Shown: positions 10,471 through 20,804 of the stretch, in pieces | How the letters are laid out: every line of letters begins with the position of its first letter | How positions within the stretch are numbered: position 1 is the first letter of the stretch | Origin: Candidatus Multivorans sp. | Lineage (GTDB): Bacteria; Acidobacteriota; Thermoanaerobaculia; Multivoradales; Multivoraceae | Direction of reading: 5' to 3' | Length of the DNA: 64,000 nt | Assembly: GCA_965224025.1 (NCBI GenBank) | Contig: OZ245033.1 | Location: 4,352,001-4,416,000 of the forward strand | Notes under the pieces: generated by a model | What the model saw: only the letters and a program-made list of their open reading frames with translations | The model's database searches: none | Told to the model about the DNA's origin: nothing | Program-made: the position numbers and the translations under genes

Positions 10471-10541
10471 CCCGTGAGTCTACGCGTCGATCCTGTACTC
10501 TTGGCAGCCTTCCAGAACAAGGCACACGGGAGACGAGAACG

Positions 10542-11837
10542 ATGGCATGGGACTTCGAAACCGACCCTGAGTTTCAGGACAAGCTGGACTGGATGGACGA
10601 GTTCGCTAGCTCTGAGATCGAACCGTTGCGGTTCGTCCTCGGCAGCCCCTACGACCTCACCTGCCCGAATCGCCGGAAGCTGATCCCGCCGCTCCAGGAG
10701 GAGGTCAAGAAGCGCAAGCTCTGGGCCTGCCATCTGGGCCCCGACCTCGGTGGCCAGGGCTACGGTCAGGTCAAGCTGGCGCTGATGAACGAGATCCTGG
10801 GCCGATCGCCGCACGCGCCGATCGTCTTCGGCTGCCAGGCCCCGGACTCGGGCAACGCGGAGATCCTCGCCCACTACGGCACGGACGCGCAGAAGGCGCG
10901 CTTCCTGCAGCCGCTGCTCGACAACCAGATCGTGTCCGCGTACTCGATGACCGAGCCGCACGGCGGCTCGGATCCAAAGGTGTTCAAGACGAGCGCCGTG
11001 CTCGACGGCGACGAGTGGGTGATCGACGGCGAGAAGTGGTTCTCCTCGAACGCCCGCTACGCCTCCTTCCTGATCGTCATGGTGGTCACCGATCCGCAAG
11101 CCCCGCCCTACAACAAGATGTCGATGTTCCTGGTGCCGAAGGACACGCCAGGCGTCAAGATCGTCCGCAACGTCGGCGTCGGCACGGGAACCGAGGAGGG
11201 TGCCCACGGCTACGTCCGCTACAGGGACGTCCGGGTGCCGAAGGACCACCTGCTAGGCCAGCGCGGCCAGGGCTTCGTCGTCGCTCAGACCCGCCTTGGC
11301 GGCGGCCGCATCCACCACGCAATGCGCACGATCGCCAAGGTCCGCACCGCCTTCGATCAGATGTGCGAGCGCGTGCTTTCGCGCGAGACCCAGGGCGAGT
11401 TGCTGGCGCAGAAGCAACTGGTGCAGGAGAAGATCGCCGACTCCTGGACCCAGATCGAGCAGTTCCGGCTGTTCGTCCTCCAGACCGCCTGGAAGATCGA
11501 CAAGTACAAGGACTACCGGATGGTCCGCAAGGACATCTCGGCGGTCAAGACGGTCATGCCGAAGGTCTACCTGGACGTCTTCTCACGGGCGCTGATGATC
11601 CACGGCTCGCTCGGCGTCTCGAACGAGATGCCCTACTCCGCCGGAGTCATCGACTCGTTCCACATGGCCCTCGCCGACGGCCCCACCGAGGTCCACAAGG
11701 TCACGGTGGCGAGGCAACTCCTGCGCGAGTACGCCGGCACGGACGATCTCTTCCCGACCACCCACCTGCCGAAGCTACGGCAGGCGGCGTACGAGAAGTA
11801 CGCCGGCGTCCTGGAGCAGGAGGTCGCGGCGCTGTAA
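10542..11837 (+). CDS. Acyl-CoA dehydrogenase family protein
   Basis: Motifs CQAPDSGNAEIL, YSMTEPHGGSDP, GEKWFSS, AQTRLGGGRIHHAMR and ADGPTEVH. Confidence 0.93.
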   Translation: MAWDFETDPEFQDKLDWMDEFASSEIEPLRFVLGSPYDLTCPNRRKLIPPLQEEVKKRKLWACHLGPDLGGQGYGQVKLALMNEILGRSPHAPIVFGCQAPDSGNAEILAHYGTDAQKARFLQPLLDNQIVSAYSMTEPHGGSDPKVFKTSAVLDGDEWVIDGEKWFSSNARYASFLIVMVVTDPQAPPYNKMSMFLVPKDTPGVKIVRNVGVGTGTEEGAHGYVRYRDVRVPKDHLLGQRGQGFVVAQTRLGGGRIHHAMRTIAKVRTAFDQMCERVLSRETQGELLAQKQLVQEKIADSWTQIEQFRLFVLQTAWKIDKYKDYRMVRKDISAVKTVMPKVYLDVFSRALMIHGSLGVSNEMPYSAGVIDSFHMALADGPTEVHKVTVARQLLREYAGTDDLFPTTHLPKLRQAAYEKYAGVLEQEVAAL

Positions 11838-11849
11838 CGGCGCAGCAAG

Positions 11850-11881
11850 CCTGGGAACGCGGGCATCCTGCCCGCATCCGG
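11850..11881 (-). repeat. REP-like element, module A
   Basis: Reverse complement is CCGGATGCGGGCAGGATGCCCGCGTTCCCAGG, located between convergent genes. Confidence 0.88.
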
Positions 11882-11904
11882 CTCCGGGTCCGTGAACGCT
11901 GCCG

Positions 11905-12246
11905 CTACGCGTGCGCGGCGCTGGTGGCGCGCACCCCAAGCCCGGCCACGAGCGCGAACAGCAGCGCGAAGATCAGGTTCGCGATGCCGCTGGTCTCGCC
12001 CATCAGGCCCGTCACCGCGAGCACCAGGAGCGCGACCGCTACCAGGATCGAGAAGACGTTGCCCATCTTCTGGGCATCTTCCTCGCTGCCGCCCATGCAG
12101 CCGATGCGGACCAGGAAGAAGGTCAGCACGGCGAAGAAGGCCAGCAGGTTCCACCAGGAGCCCGCCGCGGCGTCGACCATGGCCTGACTAGCCCACCAAC
12201 CGGCGCCGAGAAGGTACGCGATCGCAAACAGGAAGTTCTTCATCAT
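11905..12246 (-). CDS. Small four-TM membrane protein, unknown function
   Basis: MMKNFLFAIAYLLGAGWW..., 113 aa with four hydrophobic segments. Confidence 0.7.
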   Translation of the reverse strand: MMKNFLFAIAYLLGAGWWASQAMVDAAAGSWWNLLAFFAVLTFFLVRIGCMGGSEEDAQKMGNVFSILVAVALLVLAVTGLMGETSGIANLIFALLFALVAGLGVRATSAAHA

Positions 12247-12441
12247 GGCGAGCCGGAATCTAGCTGACCGGCTCCGGATCGGCAAGCCTGGACGTCTCTT
12301 TCGGCCCCCCGGACCACCTGCTCGCGCCACGGAATGGCGCCATTCCTGACCGGGTCTTCACACCCCGGCGTGGTAATGTTCCTCTTCGCTGCCTCGTCAC
12401 CCCTCCGGGCCCCGGCCCGGTCATCCGACGGAGAAATCGCC

Positions 12442-12954
12442 ATGCTCCTCGACCTTGCCAAGAATCGCCCGTTCCTCATCGTGGCGGCAGCCTTGCTGCT
12501 CGTCCTGTTCGCTGCCTGCGCCGCGGACGAGTCCGCCGACTCCGAGATGGACGACGACCACGATCACGATGCGGAGGCGGCCGACGACGGCGCGCCGCGC
12601 GTCTACTTCGACGGGCTGGAGAACCACGACACGATTCCCAGCCTGGTAGCGCTGAACTTCGCGGCCGAGAACTTCACGATCGAGCCGGTTGGCGACGGCG
12701 CCATCAACGAGGGCGCGGGCCACTACCACATCGCGATCGACGGCGAGTGCCTCGAGCCAGGCATCGTGATCCCGACCGCCGACCCTTGGATCCACTTCGG
12801 CGACGGCGCCAGTTCGATCGAAATCGAACTCCCTCTCGGCGAGCACTACCTCTGTCTGCAGATCGGCGACGGCGAACATCGTACGCTCGACGAGCCGGGC
12901 CTTTCGCAGTACATCATGGTGCACGTCGAAGAGGAGGCGGAAGAAGAGGCCTAG
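12442..12954 (+). CDS. DUF4399 domain lipoprotein
   Basis: Lipobox LFAAC, an acidic His-rich linker (DDDHDHD), and GHYHIAID..HFGDG..L.LGEHYLCLQIGDGEH. Confidence 0.8.
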   Translation: MLLDLAKNRPFLIVAAALLLVLFAACAADESADSEMDDDHDHDAEAADDGAPRVYFDGLENHDTIPSLVALNFAAENFTIEPVGDGAINEGAGHYHIAIDGECLEPGIVIPTADPWIHFGDGASSIEIELPLGEHYLCLQIGDGEHRTLDEPGLSQYIMVHVEEEAEEEA

Positions 12955-12968
12955 CCCTAGCGCCGCCA

Positions 12969-13100
12969 GGCCGGCGCTTTACGCCGGATGCGGGCGAGAC
13001 GCCCGCGTTCCCAGGGCGGGCGATGACGCCCCGGTTCCATCTTCGCGCCCGATGACGGGCGCGCGGAGTGGGTCGCGGATGGCCCGGATCGCGCCACCCG
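12969..13100 (+). repeat. Composite REP-like element (A+B)
   Basis: GGATGCGGGCGAGACGCCCGCGTTCCCAGG plus a degenerate module B, located between convergent genes. Confidence 0.88.
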
Positions 13101-13110
13101 CGTGACCAAG

Positions 13111-15162
13111 TCACTCGAAGAAGAAGGGACTCGTCCAGGCGGCGCCGCCGTCCTTCTGGACCACCCGCAGGTAGAGATAGCCGCCCGGCGTGAACGCCGG
13201 CAGCGCGACGGTCAGGCTGCACTCGCGCTTCCCTTCCGGGCACGGAGCCTCACCCACCGTGGCGCCCGTGCCCGCGGCATCCCGGCGACCGATGACCTCG
13301 ATGCGGTCGATCTCGCCGGGCGCGACGGCACGGACAACGAGAGTGCCTTCGGACACACCGACAATCGGACCGACATCGCCGGCAGCGGCGCCGGCGGCCG
13401 GAATGTCGGCGCCGATAGGCCAGCCGGCGTAGCTCGCGCGAACCACGATCCGGGGACCGTTCGTGGCGTAGGTCCGGCGAGCCAGGAGCGCCTCGTAAAT
13501 CCCTTCCCGGGTCACTTCGTCGCTGAGGATCGCCGCGACGCCGCCGCTCGGCGACGCCAGGTGCGCCAAGCCGGGATGCCCGTCGTGGCCATCGCTCGAA
13601 CCAGCGAATCCCAACCGGTAGCCATGGTCGAGCGCGTCGCGAACATAGTTGCCCTCTAGGGCGCCGCGGATCACTACGCCCGGTGCGTCCGCCGCCTCGC
13701 TCGCGCCGTGAACCGAGACGATCTCGGTGACCGGCTCCAGCCCGGGCGGCGGCGCCGTCGACCAGTCGGTGGCGATGGGGTCGCCGGCCGAATGGTGGGC
13801 GAAGGTCAGCGCGCGGGCGCCTTGGAGCCCGGCCCATAGTTCACGCGCGTCGTCGAAACGCTCGTCGATCGAGCTCAGGAGCAGACTCGAAACCGCCTCG
13901 GCGGTCGGCTCGAAGAAGACAACGTGCCGGTGGCCCCGCACCCAGTTCGTCCACTCGTAGCCGGCCAGCGCCACGAAGCGGCCGGGCTCGTGCCGGCGGT
14001 CGACAGCCTCCAGAGTGTGCCGCCAAACCGCAGGTTCGCGGTCCGCAAAGCGCATGCCCCAGTGGTCGTGGTCGGTGACCGCCGCGGCGTCCAGAGCCGC
14101 GATCTCGCGCGCGTAGCGCAGCAGATCGTCGGGAGTGCCCGAACCGTCCGAGAGACCGGAGTGGTTCTGCAGATCGGCCCACAGGATGCGCCGGCCGGCC
14201 GGCGAGACGACGAGCGGATTGCTCTCGGCCGCGAACGCGGAAGCCGGCGAGCCGCCGTCCGCTGTCCCCCGCACCCGCACTACGGCGCCGAGTTCGGCGG
14301 AGAGACGCAGCCGGACGGCGAGGCGGCCGCGATCCTCTTCTTTCAGAGCTGCCGAAACGACCTGCTCACCACCCAGGGTCTCCACCGAACCGGCCCGCGG
14401 GTCGTCGACGCCGACGCCCACCGGCAGCCACAGTTCCAACGTGCCGGCAAACCGAGGCCACCCGCTGCCGGCCGCGTCGACCAGGGCCGCGATCAGGTCG
14501 ACGGACTCCCCCGGCCGCGCCGTCGAAGGAAGGTGAAGCAGCAGCCGCGCCGGCGGCCCAGGCAGCACGTCGACCGCCGGGGCTTCGTCGATCAGCTCCC
14601 GCACTCCGTCGCCGTCGCCGTCGACGGCAACCCAGAACCGCGAGTCGCGCTCGGCGTAGCGGTCCGCGAGCGCGCCCGCCGGCCCGGCGCCGTATGTGAT
14701 CTCGATCCGCTCCCCCTCGTCCAACGCCCGGCCGCCGACATGGACGGCCAGCAACTGTTGATCGAGTGTCTCGGCCGAGAGATCGACACCTTCGGCGTCC
14801 GTGGCAATCGTCGTGTAGCCCAAGGCCGCTTGGCGCTCGGTCTGCGGAGTGCTCCAGCCCCAGAAGGGAGAAACCTGGAGATACAAGGCACCGCCGGCTG
14901 CAATTCCCATCGGCCCCGCCCGGTAGACGATCCGCCAGCTTCCAGGCCGGCCCGCGACCGCGTGTCCGCCGAGCTCCTCGACGGAGGCGGTGCCGCCGCC
15001 GTCCGACTCGGCGCGCGGTCGCAGGAGATCGGCGCGCAGTTCTTCGACGATGTCGAACCGGGGCGACCGGGCAGGCCAGTCACCGCCCGAGGACTCATTC
15101 GGTGCCGGCCCACACGCCGCAACCGCCAAAACCGGGGGAATGGCGAACCCGAAAGCGCGCAT
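13111..15162 (-). CDS. CehA/McbA-family (DUF3604-like, PHP-type) metallohydrolase, probable lipoprotein
   Basis: Motifs WADLQNHSGLSDG, AVTDHD, GYEWT..GHRHV, GFAGSSDGHDGHPG, RRTYATNG and AWTSP. Confidence 0.8.
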   Translation of the reverse strand: MRAFGFAIPPVLAVAACGPAPNESSGGDWPARSPRFDIVEELRADLLRPRAESDGGGTASVEELGGHAVAGRPGSWRIVYRAGPMGIAAGGALYLQVSPFWGWSTPQTERQAALGYTTIATDAEGVDLSAETLDQQLLAVHVGGRALDEGERIEITYGAGPAGALADRYAERDSRFWVAVDGDGDGVRELIDEAPAVDVLPGPPARLLLHLPSTARPGESVDLIAALVDAAGSGWPRFAGTLELWLPVGVGVDDPRAGSVETLGGEQVVSAALKEEDRGRLAVRLRLSAELGAVVRVRGTADGGSPASAFAAESNPLVVSPAGRRILWADLQNHSGLSDGSGTPDDLLRYAREIAALDAAAVTDHDHWGMRFADREPAVWRHTLEAVDRRHEPGRFVALAGYEWTNWVRGHRHVVFFEPTAEAVSSLLLSSIDERFDDARELWAGLQGARALTFAHHSAGDPIATDWSTAPPPGLEPVTEIVSVHGASEAADAPGVVIRGALEGNYVRDALDHGYRLGFAGSSDGHDGHPGLAHLASPSGGVAAILSDEVTREGIYEALLARRTYATNGPRIVVRASYAGWPIGADIPAAGAAAGDVGPIVGVSEGTLVVRAVAPGEIDRIEVIGRRDAAGTGATVGEAPCPEGKRECSLTVALPAFTPGGYLYLRVVQKDGGAAWTSPFFFE

Positions 15163-15214
15163 CCGGGAGATCCTCTCACGACCGCGAGAACGGCTGTAAT
15201 CTGACCACCGACCA

Positions 15215-15778
15215 ATGTCGTACAAGATCGCCTTCATCGGCAGCCACGGCGTCGGCAAGACGACCCTCGCCTACGGCCTCGCCGCGCGCCTGAAGCGCCG
15301 CGACATCAACCTCGATGTCGTCGTCGAAGTGGCGCGGCACTGCCCGCTGCCGCTCAACGAGGCAACGACCCTGGAGGCGCAGTCGTGGATCCTGCACTCC
15401 CAGATCGCGGACGAACTCGTGGCGGAAGCCCGCGCGCCGGTCGTCATCTGCGACCGCAGCGTGCTCGACAACTACGTCTACCTGCTGTTCGCCAGGGGGC
15501 GGCAGCCCGCGCTGGAGCCCCTCATCGAGTCCTGGTGCGCGACCTACGACCTCAAGGTCCACGTACCGATTCTGGGCGGCAGCGAGGCACGGCCCGACGG
15601 TGTCCGGGCGACCGATCCGGCCTTCCGGCAGCAGATCGACGACCGGCTCCGGCACGAGCTGGACGACCGCCGGATCGAGGTTCTGGCCCTCGACCCGAAA
15701 GATCGGGATCGCTGGCTCGACAGCGTCGAGGAGGCGGTGTCGAATCAGCTTCGCATTCCCCAACTCGACCTGCTTTGA
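15215..15778 (+). CDS. AAA_28 / NadR-like P-loop ATPase or kinase
   Basis: Walker A IGSHGVGKTTL, plus EVAR and ICDRSVLD. Confidence 0.8.
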   Translation: MSYKIAFIGSHGVGKTTLAYGLAARLKRRDINLDVVVEVARHCPLPLNEATTLEAQSWILHSQIADELVAEARAPVVICDRSVLDNYVYLLFARGRQPALEPLIESWCATYDLKVHVPILGGSEARPDGVRATDPAFRQQIDDRLRHELDDRRIEVLALDPKDRDRWLDSVEEAVSNQLRIPQLDLL

Positions 15779-15905
15779 GCCGACCGCCGCGCGCGTATAC
15801 TCACTGCCCGAAAACGACCGACACCGCTGTACCGACTACGCATCGACGAACGCGACCTCGGCGCCCTGGGCGAACCGCGGGTCCAGGAGCCCAAGAGGAG
15901 TCGCC

Positions 15906-17072
15906 ATGTCCCGTCCCTACCTTCGCACCGAACTCTGCGACATGCTGGAAATCGAGTATCCCGTGTTTTCAGCCGGCATGGGGCCGGTGGCGGGCGGCGA
16001 GGAACCCGTCGCCAAGGCCGAACTGGTGGCTGCCGTTTCCGAGGCCGGCGGCCTGGGCGTGATCGGAGGCGTCGCCTACAGCCCCAAGGACTTGCGGGCC
16101 GAGATCAACAAGATCCGCGCGTTGACGGACAAGCCGTTCGGGGTCGACCTGCTGCTGGCTTCGAACTTCCTGGAGAAGGCGGGCAGCGGACCGACCTCGG
16201 CGACGGTGCCGACCCGCGACCTGGCGCCGGCGGAAACGCGCGACGCGCTCAGGAAGATGGCCGAGAGCCTGGGTATCGAGTGGATCGAGGCGCCGCCCCC
16301 GGCGCCGAGTTGGGCGGTGCCCGAGGGCCAGAGCTACGCCGGCGCCCAGATGGAAGTCCTGCTGGAGGAGAAGGTGCCCGTGTTCGCCTCCGGCCTCGGT
16401 TCTCCGGCGCCCTTCTCGAGGGCGCTCAAGGATGCCGGCATCAAGATCGTCTCCCTGGTCGGCAACGCCCGCGCCGCGCGCCGGGTGGCCGACGGCGGCG
16501 CCGACATCGTCGTCGCCCAGGGCACCGAGGCCGGCGGTCACACCGGCAAGATCGGCACCCTGGCGCTTCTACCCCAGGTCATGGACGCGGTGGCGCCGCT
16601 GCCGGTCGTCGCCGCGGGCGGCGTCGCCGACGGCCGCGGACTGGCGGCGGTCATCGCCGCCGGCGCCATAGGCGGCTGGTGCGGCACCGCCTTCCTGGTC
16701 TCCGACGAGGCGAACCAGCCTGCCCTGCAAAAGCAGCGCATCATCGGAGCGTCCACCGAAGACACGGTCGTGACCAGACTCTACAGCGGCAAGACGATGC
16801 GCAACATCACGAACCCGCTGATCGAGTCCTGGGAGCAGAGCGGCATCCGGGCGCTGCCGATGGGGCTCCAGGGCGTTCTCACGCGCGACCTGCTGCACTC
16901 CATTCGCACCGCCGGCAGGGACGACCTGCTGATGAACGCCGCCGGGCAGACGTCCGGCATGCTGACCAAGACCCGCCCGGCGAGCGAGATTCTCAACGAG
17001 ATGGTCGCGGACGCCTCGCACCTCCTGGGTGCGCGGCTCTCGGAGCGGGTTCAGGTCCAGGTCGCCGTGTAA
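15906..17072 (+). CDS. Nitronate monooxygenase / FabK-like flavoprotein
   Basis: Motifs ELVAAVSEAGGLG, TDKPFGV, AQGTEAGGHTG, VVAAGGVADGRG and AGQ. AGAGGAG RBS. Confidence 0.9.
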   Translation: MSRPYLRTELCDMLEIEYPVFSAGMGPVAGGEEPVAKAELVAAVSEAGGLGVIGGVAYSPKDLRAEINKIRALTDKPFGVDLLLASNFLEKAGSGPTSATVPTRDLAPAETRDALRKMAESLGIEWIEAPPPAPSWAVPEGQSYAGAQMEVLLEEKVPVFASGLGSPAPFSRALKDAGIKIVSLVGNARAARRVADGGADIVVAQGTEAGGHTGKIGTLALLPQVMDAVAPLPVVAAGGVADGRGLAAVIAAGAIGGWCGTAFLVSDEANQPALQKQRIIGASTEDTVVTRLYSGKTMRNITNPLIESWEQSGIRALPMGLQGVLTRDLLHSIRTAGRDDLLMNAAGQTSGMLTKTRPASEILNEMVADASHLLGARLSERVQVQVAV

Positions 17073-17089
17073 CCACTGGGTGCGCCGGC

Positions 17090-18181
17090 CTACCATCGCC
17101 GCGCGTCGGGCTCGATCGCCTCGAGGTCGAAGCAGTCGTATCCCCCGGAGTGCCGCCAGAACCGTTCCCGGTAGGGGTACGTCCGTAGCGACGCCTGGTC
17201 GGTGGGCGCGTCGAGGCTGAACGTCGCGCAGAGTTCGTACGCTTTCTCCCCCGTGGCTCGAAAGGCGTAGGGCTCCCGGGTCTCCGGATCGACGATCGAC
17301 ACGATGTTGATGTCGCGCTCGCTGCTGAGCGCTTCCAGACTCGTGGGCAGGGAACCACTCCTCTCCCAGTAGATGTCGACGCCCCGGACGATGTCCCGCA
17401 GGTTCCCCACGCGCGCGACATCGAGTCCACGCTCGCGCGCCTTGCCGGGTGAACCGACGGCGACCAGTCCAAGGACCACGGCGGCGACGACGACGACCAC
17501 GGACGTTCCGGCGAACATCGCAGGCAGCCTGGGCGCCTGGCCGCCTTCGGCCGCCTCGACGTCATCCTGGCGCAGATCCCAGAAGTAGTAGCCGAAGACG
17601 CTGCCCGCTATCGCCGCTACGACCGCCACCTTCAGGAGGAACCGCGCGGCCAGCTCGCCGCCAAGGCCGAAGAAGACGAGCGCGATGAGGTCCCCGGCCA
17701 GAACGCCCGCCGCGACGAACAGAGTCAGGTACGTCAGCCACTTCCTGATCCGCGACGAACGCAGCTCCGGATCGGTTCGCAGCGTGCGCCGCACCAACCG
17801 TTGGATCAGCAGGAACGCCGGGAAGGAGATGACGAGATACGCCAAACCCCAACGCAGCATCTCCGCGGAGGCCGCGGCCGGCGGCGTGAACGCCACGTCC
17901 GCGAAGGCCCGGTTGATCAGCACGAACATCACGTTGCCGAAACTGATCGCCGCCGTGTACAGGGCCACGAACATCACGAAGTAGAGAAACGCCTCGCGTG
18001 CCCCCAGGTACGGCCGCGGCCTCGGGATCGGCGCCACGAAGTCGCGGTCGACCCAAGCCCCGAGCGCCTTGTCGATGTCGGCCTGCCGCCACCCGGCGTC
18101 ACCCAGCGCCGTCTTGATCTCATTCCGGCCGGCACCCCGCGCCAGCGCCTCTCGCACAAACCTCGTCAGTTCCTCGTTCAC
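17090..18181 (-). CDS. DUF5671-domain membrane protein
   Basis: F...AL..G....I..AL..AGW N-terminus, then AREAFLY, RKWLTYLTLF and a C-terminal pilin-like DPET..PY...YELCATF region. Confidence 0.75.
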   Translation of the reverse strand: MNEELTRFVREALARGAGRNEIKTALGDAGWRQADIDKALGAWVDRDFVAPIPRPRPYLGAREAFLYFVMFVALYTAAISFGNVMFVLINRAFADVAFTPPAAASAEMLRWGLAYLVISFPAFLLIQRLVRRTLRTDPELRSSRIRKWLTYLTLFVAAGVLAGDLIALVFFGLGGELAARFLLKVAVVAAIAGSVFGYYFWDLRQDDVEAAEGGQAPRLPAMFAGTSVVVVVAAVVLGLVAVGSPGKARERGLDVARVGNLRDIVRGVDIYWERSGSLPTSLEALSSERDINIVSIVDPETREPYAFRATGEKAYELCATFSLDAPTDQASLRTYPYRERFWRHSGGYDCFDLEAIEPDARRW

Positions 18182-18195
18182 GATCGATCCCTCTT

Positions 18196-18238
18196 TGTTG
18201 ACGGCGTCAACATACAGGCACGCTCCACTACTTGTCAA
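18196..18238 (-). promoter_or_regulatory. Sigma-70-type promoter with an overlapping palindromic operator, upstream of the DUF5671 gene
   Basis: The minus strand reads TTGACA-18 nt-TATGTT. The palindrome TGTTGACG-G-CGTCAACA (18196-18212) overlaps the -10 element and start region. Confidence 0.6.
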
Positions 18239-18312
18239 CTCCACTACCCCCAGGCGGCTCCGGACGAGCGACTCCCGGGCCGGTGCGTCTCCCCGGCGCT
18301 AGTATGCGCGCC

Positions 18313-19011
18313 ATGATTTCTTCAGCCGTCCTTGACGCCCTCCGCTCTCTCGACACGCCCACGGTCTGCAACGCCCTGGAGGCGGTGGCGCCGAAGCGGC
18401 GCGGTCACGGTTACACCGTGGACCCGCTGGTCTGCGCCCGGCCCGTGCTGCCGCCGATCGTCGGCTTCGCCCGCACCGCTCGTATCCGCGCCCAGCACCC
18501 GAGCACGGCCGACCCCAGGCTGGCCCGCCGCACCTCACTCGGCTACTACGAGCACCTGGCCGGGGGCGAGGGCCCCACGATCACCGTGATCCAGGATCTC
18601 GACGACAAGTCCCGCGGGTACGGCGCCTTCTGGGGCGAGGTCAACTCGAACATCCACCGTGGGCTGGGATGCCTCGGCGCAATCACCGACGGCAGCATCC
18701 GCGACCTCGAAGACGTCGCCGAGGGCTTTCAACTGCTCGCCGGCCGGTCCGGTCCGTCGCACGCCTACGTCCACGTCGTCGACTACGGCGGCCCGGTGAC
18801 CGTCGCCGGCATGGCGGTGCGCGACGGCGACCTGATCCACGCCGACCAGCACGGCGCCGTGGTCATCCCTGCCGATGTCGCGGATCAGGTGGAAGCAGCC
18901 GCCGACCTGATCGCCCGGCGCGAACGGGTGATCATCGACGCCGCCAGGCACGACGACTTCAGCATCGACAAGCTGAAGGCCGCCTGGGGCGAGGCGGCCG
19001 AGATCCACTGA
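18313..19011 (+). CDS. RraA-like / HMG aldolase family protein
   Basis: Motifs DTPTVCNALE, GAFWGEVNS, GAITDGSIRD and GDLIHADQHGAVVIP. Confidence 0.88.
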   Translation: MISSAVLDALRSLDTPTVCNALEAVAPKRRGHGYTVDPLVCARPVLPPIVGFARTARIRAQHPSTADPRLARRTSLGYYEHLAGGEGPTITVIQDLDDKSRGYGAFWGEVNSNIHRGLGCLGAITDGSIRDLEDVAEGFQLLAGRSGPSHAYVHVVDYGGPVTVAGMAVRDGDLIHADQHGAVVIPADVADQVEAAADLIARRERVIIDAARHDDFSIDKLKAAWGEAAEIH

Positions 19012-19091
19012 GGAGAACTGAAGCGGGCCGGCGTCCGGGTTTCCACCCGAGGCGGATCCCGGTCAGAGGGCCGGCGGACCAAATAGCCGGG

Positions 19092-20639
19092 TCAGACCAT
19101 CACGGGGTCGATCGGCGTAATGATGCCGAGCGCGTCCTCGATCGCCTGGCCGGCTTCCAGGCAGAGATCCTCGCGGTAGCGGCCGCCGATCACTTCCACC
19201 ACCTGGGGCAGGCCGTTGGCGACGCCCGTCGGAACGCACACGGCCGGCAGGCCGAGTAGGTTGAGCGCCACCTCGAACCGCATCTGGTCGAGGACATCGC
19301 CCGGATCCCGCAGGTCGTAGCCGATGACGAAGGGCGGCTGGGTCAGGATCGGGGCCACGATGACCGGGTAGTCCTCCTGGAATTCCTGCCAGGCGCTGGC
19401 GATCCGGTGGCGCTGGGCATACATGGCCACGTACTCGGTCGGCGACTCGACGCCGAACATGTCGAGTGCGCGGATCAGAAAGTCGTAGGCGTCCGGCGAC
19501 ATGATCTCCTCGAGCGCCTGCCGGACCAGGTTCAGTTCATAGCCGAGAAAGACATCCCACGCCCGGCGCGCCTCGGCGGCCATCGGCGGTTCGACCTCTT
19601 CGACCGCGTAGCCCGCCGCCGTCAGGGCCTCGCCCGCGGCGCGCACGCCGGCAGCGATGTCCGGATGGGTCGTACCGCCGCTGGGCTCCGGCACCAACGC
19701 GACCTTGACCGGCGACGCCGGCCGTTCCAGATCGATCGGCACGGGCACCGACCACGGGTCACTCCTGTGGTATCGCCCCAGCAGCTCGTAGGCGGTGCGC
19801 AGATCGGCGACCCGCCGTGCCATGGGGCCATTCACTGCCATCAACTGCCCGGACATCTCGCCACCGGTCGGGCTGGCGATGCGGCCCAGCGTCGGCTTGA
19901 GCGACGCGATGCCGTTGCACTGCGCAGGAATCCGGAGCGAACCGCCGATGTCGTTGCCGAGTCCCAGGCAACTCATGCCGCTCGCGAGGGCCGAGCCCTC
20001 GCCGCCGCTCGAGCCGCCGACGTTCCGGTCGGCAGCCCATGGATTCCGGGTCAGGCCGTAGAGATAGCTGTCGGTGTGGACGCGCAGACCGAGGTCGGGC
20101 AGGTTGGTCCGGGTCAGAGGAATGGCGCCGGCCTCCTTGAGGCGCGCGACGATCAGTGCGTCCGCCTCGGCGTTGACTTCCGCGTAGGCGGGCACGCCGC
20201 TCGTGGTCGGCGTGCCGCCGACCGCGATGTTGTCCTTGACGGAGATCGGTACACCGTGCAGCGGTCCCAGGTCGGCGCCCGCAGCCACCGCTTCGTCGGC
20301 GGCCTGCGCGGCGGCGCGCGCTTCGCCGGCCAGTACGCGGACGACCGCGTTGAGGTGGCCGTTCACCGCGTCCACGCGCGCGAGGTGGGACTCGACTACC
20401 TCGATGCTCGAGACCTCGCCGCGGCGAATCGCCGACGCCAGTTCGCCGGCGCTGGCACGCCACAGATCGTCGGGCATCGGGCCGGCCGCCGTCTCGCCGG
20501 CAACTGCCTCGGAAGGTGCCGTCGCGTCGCCGTCGCACCCCGCCAGCAGGCCGGCGGCGCCGGCAAGGGACAGGGCGTGGATCACCTGGCGCCGCGAGAC
20601 GCCGGCGGTTTCCTGGGGTTCGGGAGTGGTCGTCGTCAT
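19092..20639 (-). CDS. Amidase-signature family enzyme with a Tat/lipoprotein signal
   Basis: Signal SRRQVI..LLAGC, then GPLHGVPISVKD, GGSSGG and GNDIGGSLRIPA. AAGGAGA RBS. Confidence 0.92.
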   Translation of the reverse strand: MTTTTPEPQETAGVSRRQVIHALSLAGAAGLLAGCDGDATAPSEAVAGETAAGPMPDDLWRASAGELASAIRRGEVSSIEVVESHLARVDAVNGHLNAVVRVLAGEARAAAQAADEAVAAGADLGPLHGVPISVKDNIAVGGTPTTSGVPAYAEVNAEADALIVARLKEAGAIPLTRTNLPDLGLRVHTDSYLYGLTRNPWAADRNVGGSSGGEGSALASGMSCLGLGNDIGGSLRIPAQCNGIASLKPTLGRIASPTGGEMSGQLMAVNGPMARRVADLRTAYELLGRYHRSDPWSVPVPIDLERPASPVKVALVPEPSGGTTHPDIAAGVRAAGEALTAAGYAVEEVEPPMAAEARRAWDVFLGYELNLVRQALEEIMSPDAYDFLIRALDMFGVESPTEYVAMYAQRHRIASAWQEFQEDYPVIVAPILTQPPFVIGYDLRDPGDVLDQMRFEVALNLLGLPAVCVPTGVANGLPQVVEVIGGRYREDLCLEAGQAIEDALGIITPIDPVMV

Positions 20640-20668
20640 GGGCTGTGTCTCCTTGTTCTCCGGGCCCA

Positions 20669-20797
20669 GGATGCGGGCGAGACGCCCGCGTTCCCAGGGG
20701 CCGATGCGGGCGAGACGCCCGCGTTCCATCCGTGCGCCCGAGGACGGGCGCACGGAGTGGTTCGCGGGTGGCGCGAGTTCGCGCCACCCGGGTTCGC
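20669..20797 (+). repeat. Composite REP-like element (A+A+B)
   Basis: Two tandem GATGCGGGCGAGACGCCCGCGTTCC units followed by module B hairpins. Confidence 0.9.
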
Positions 20798-20804
20798 AGG
20801 GTTG

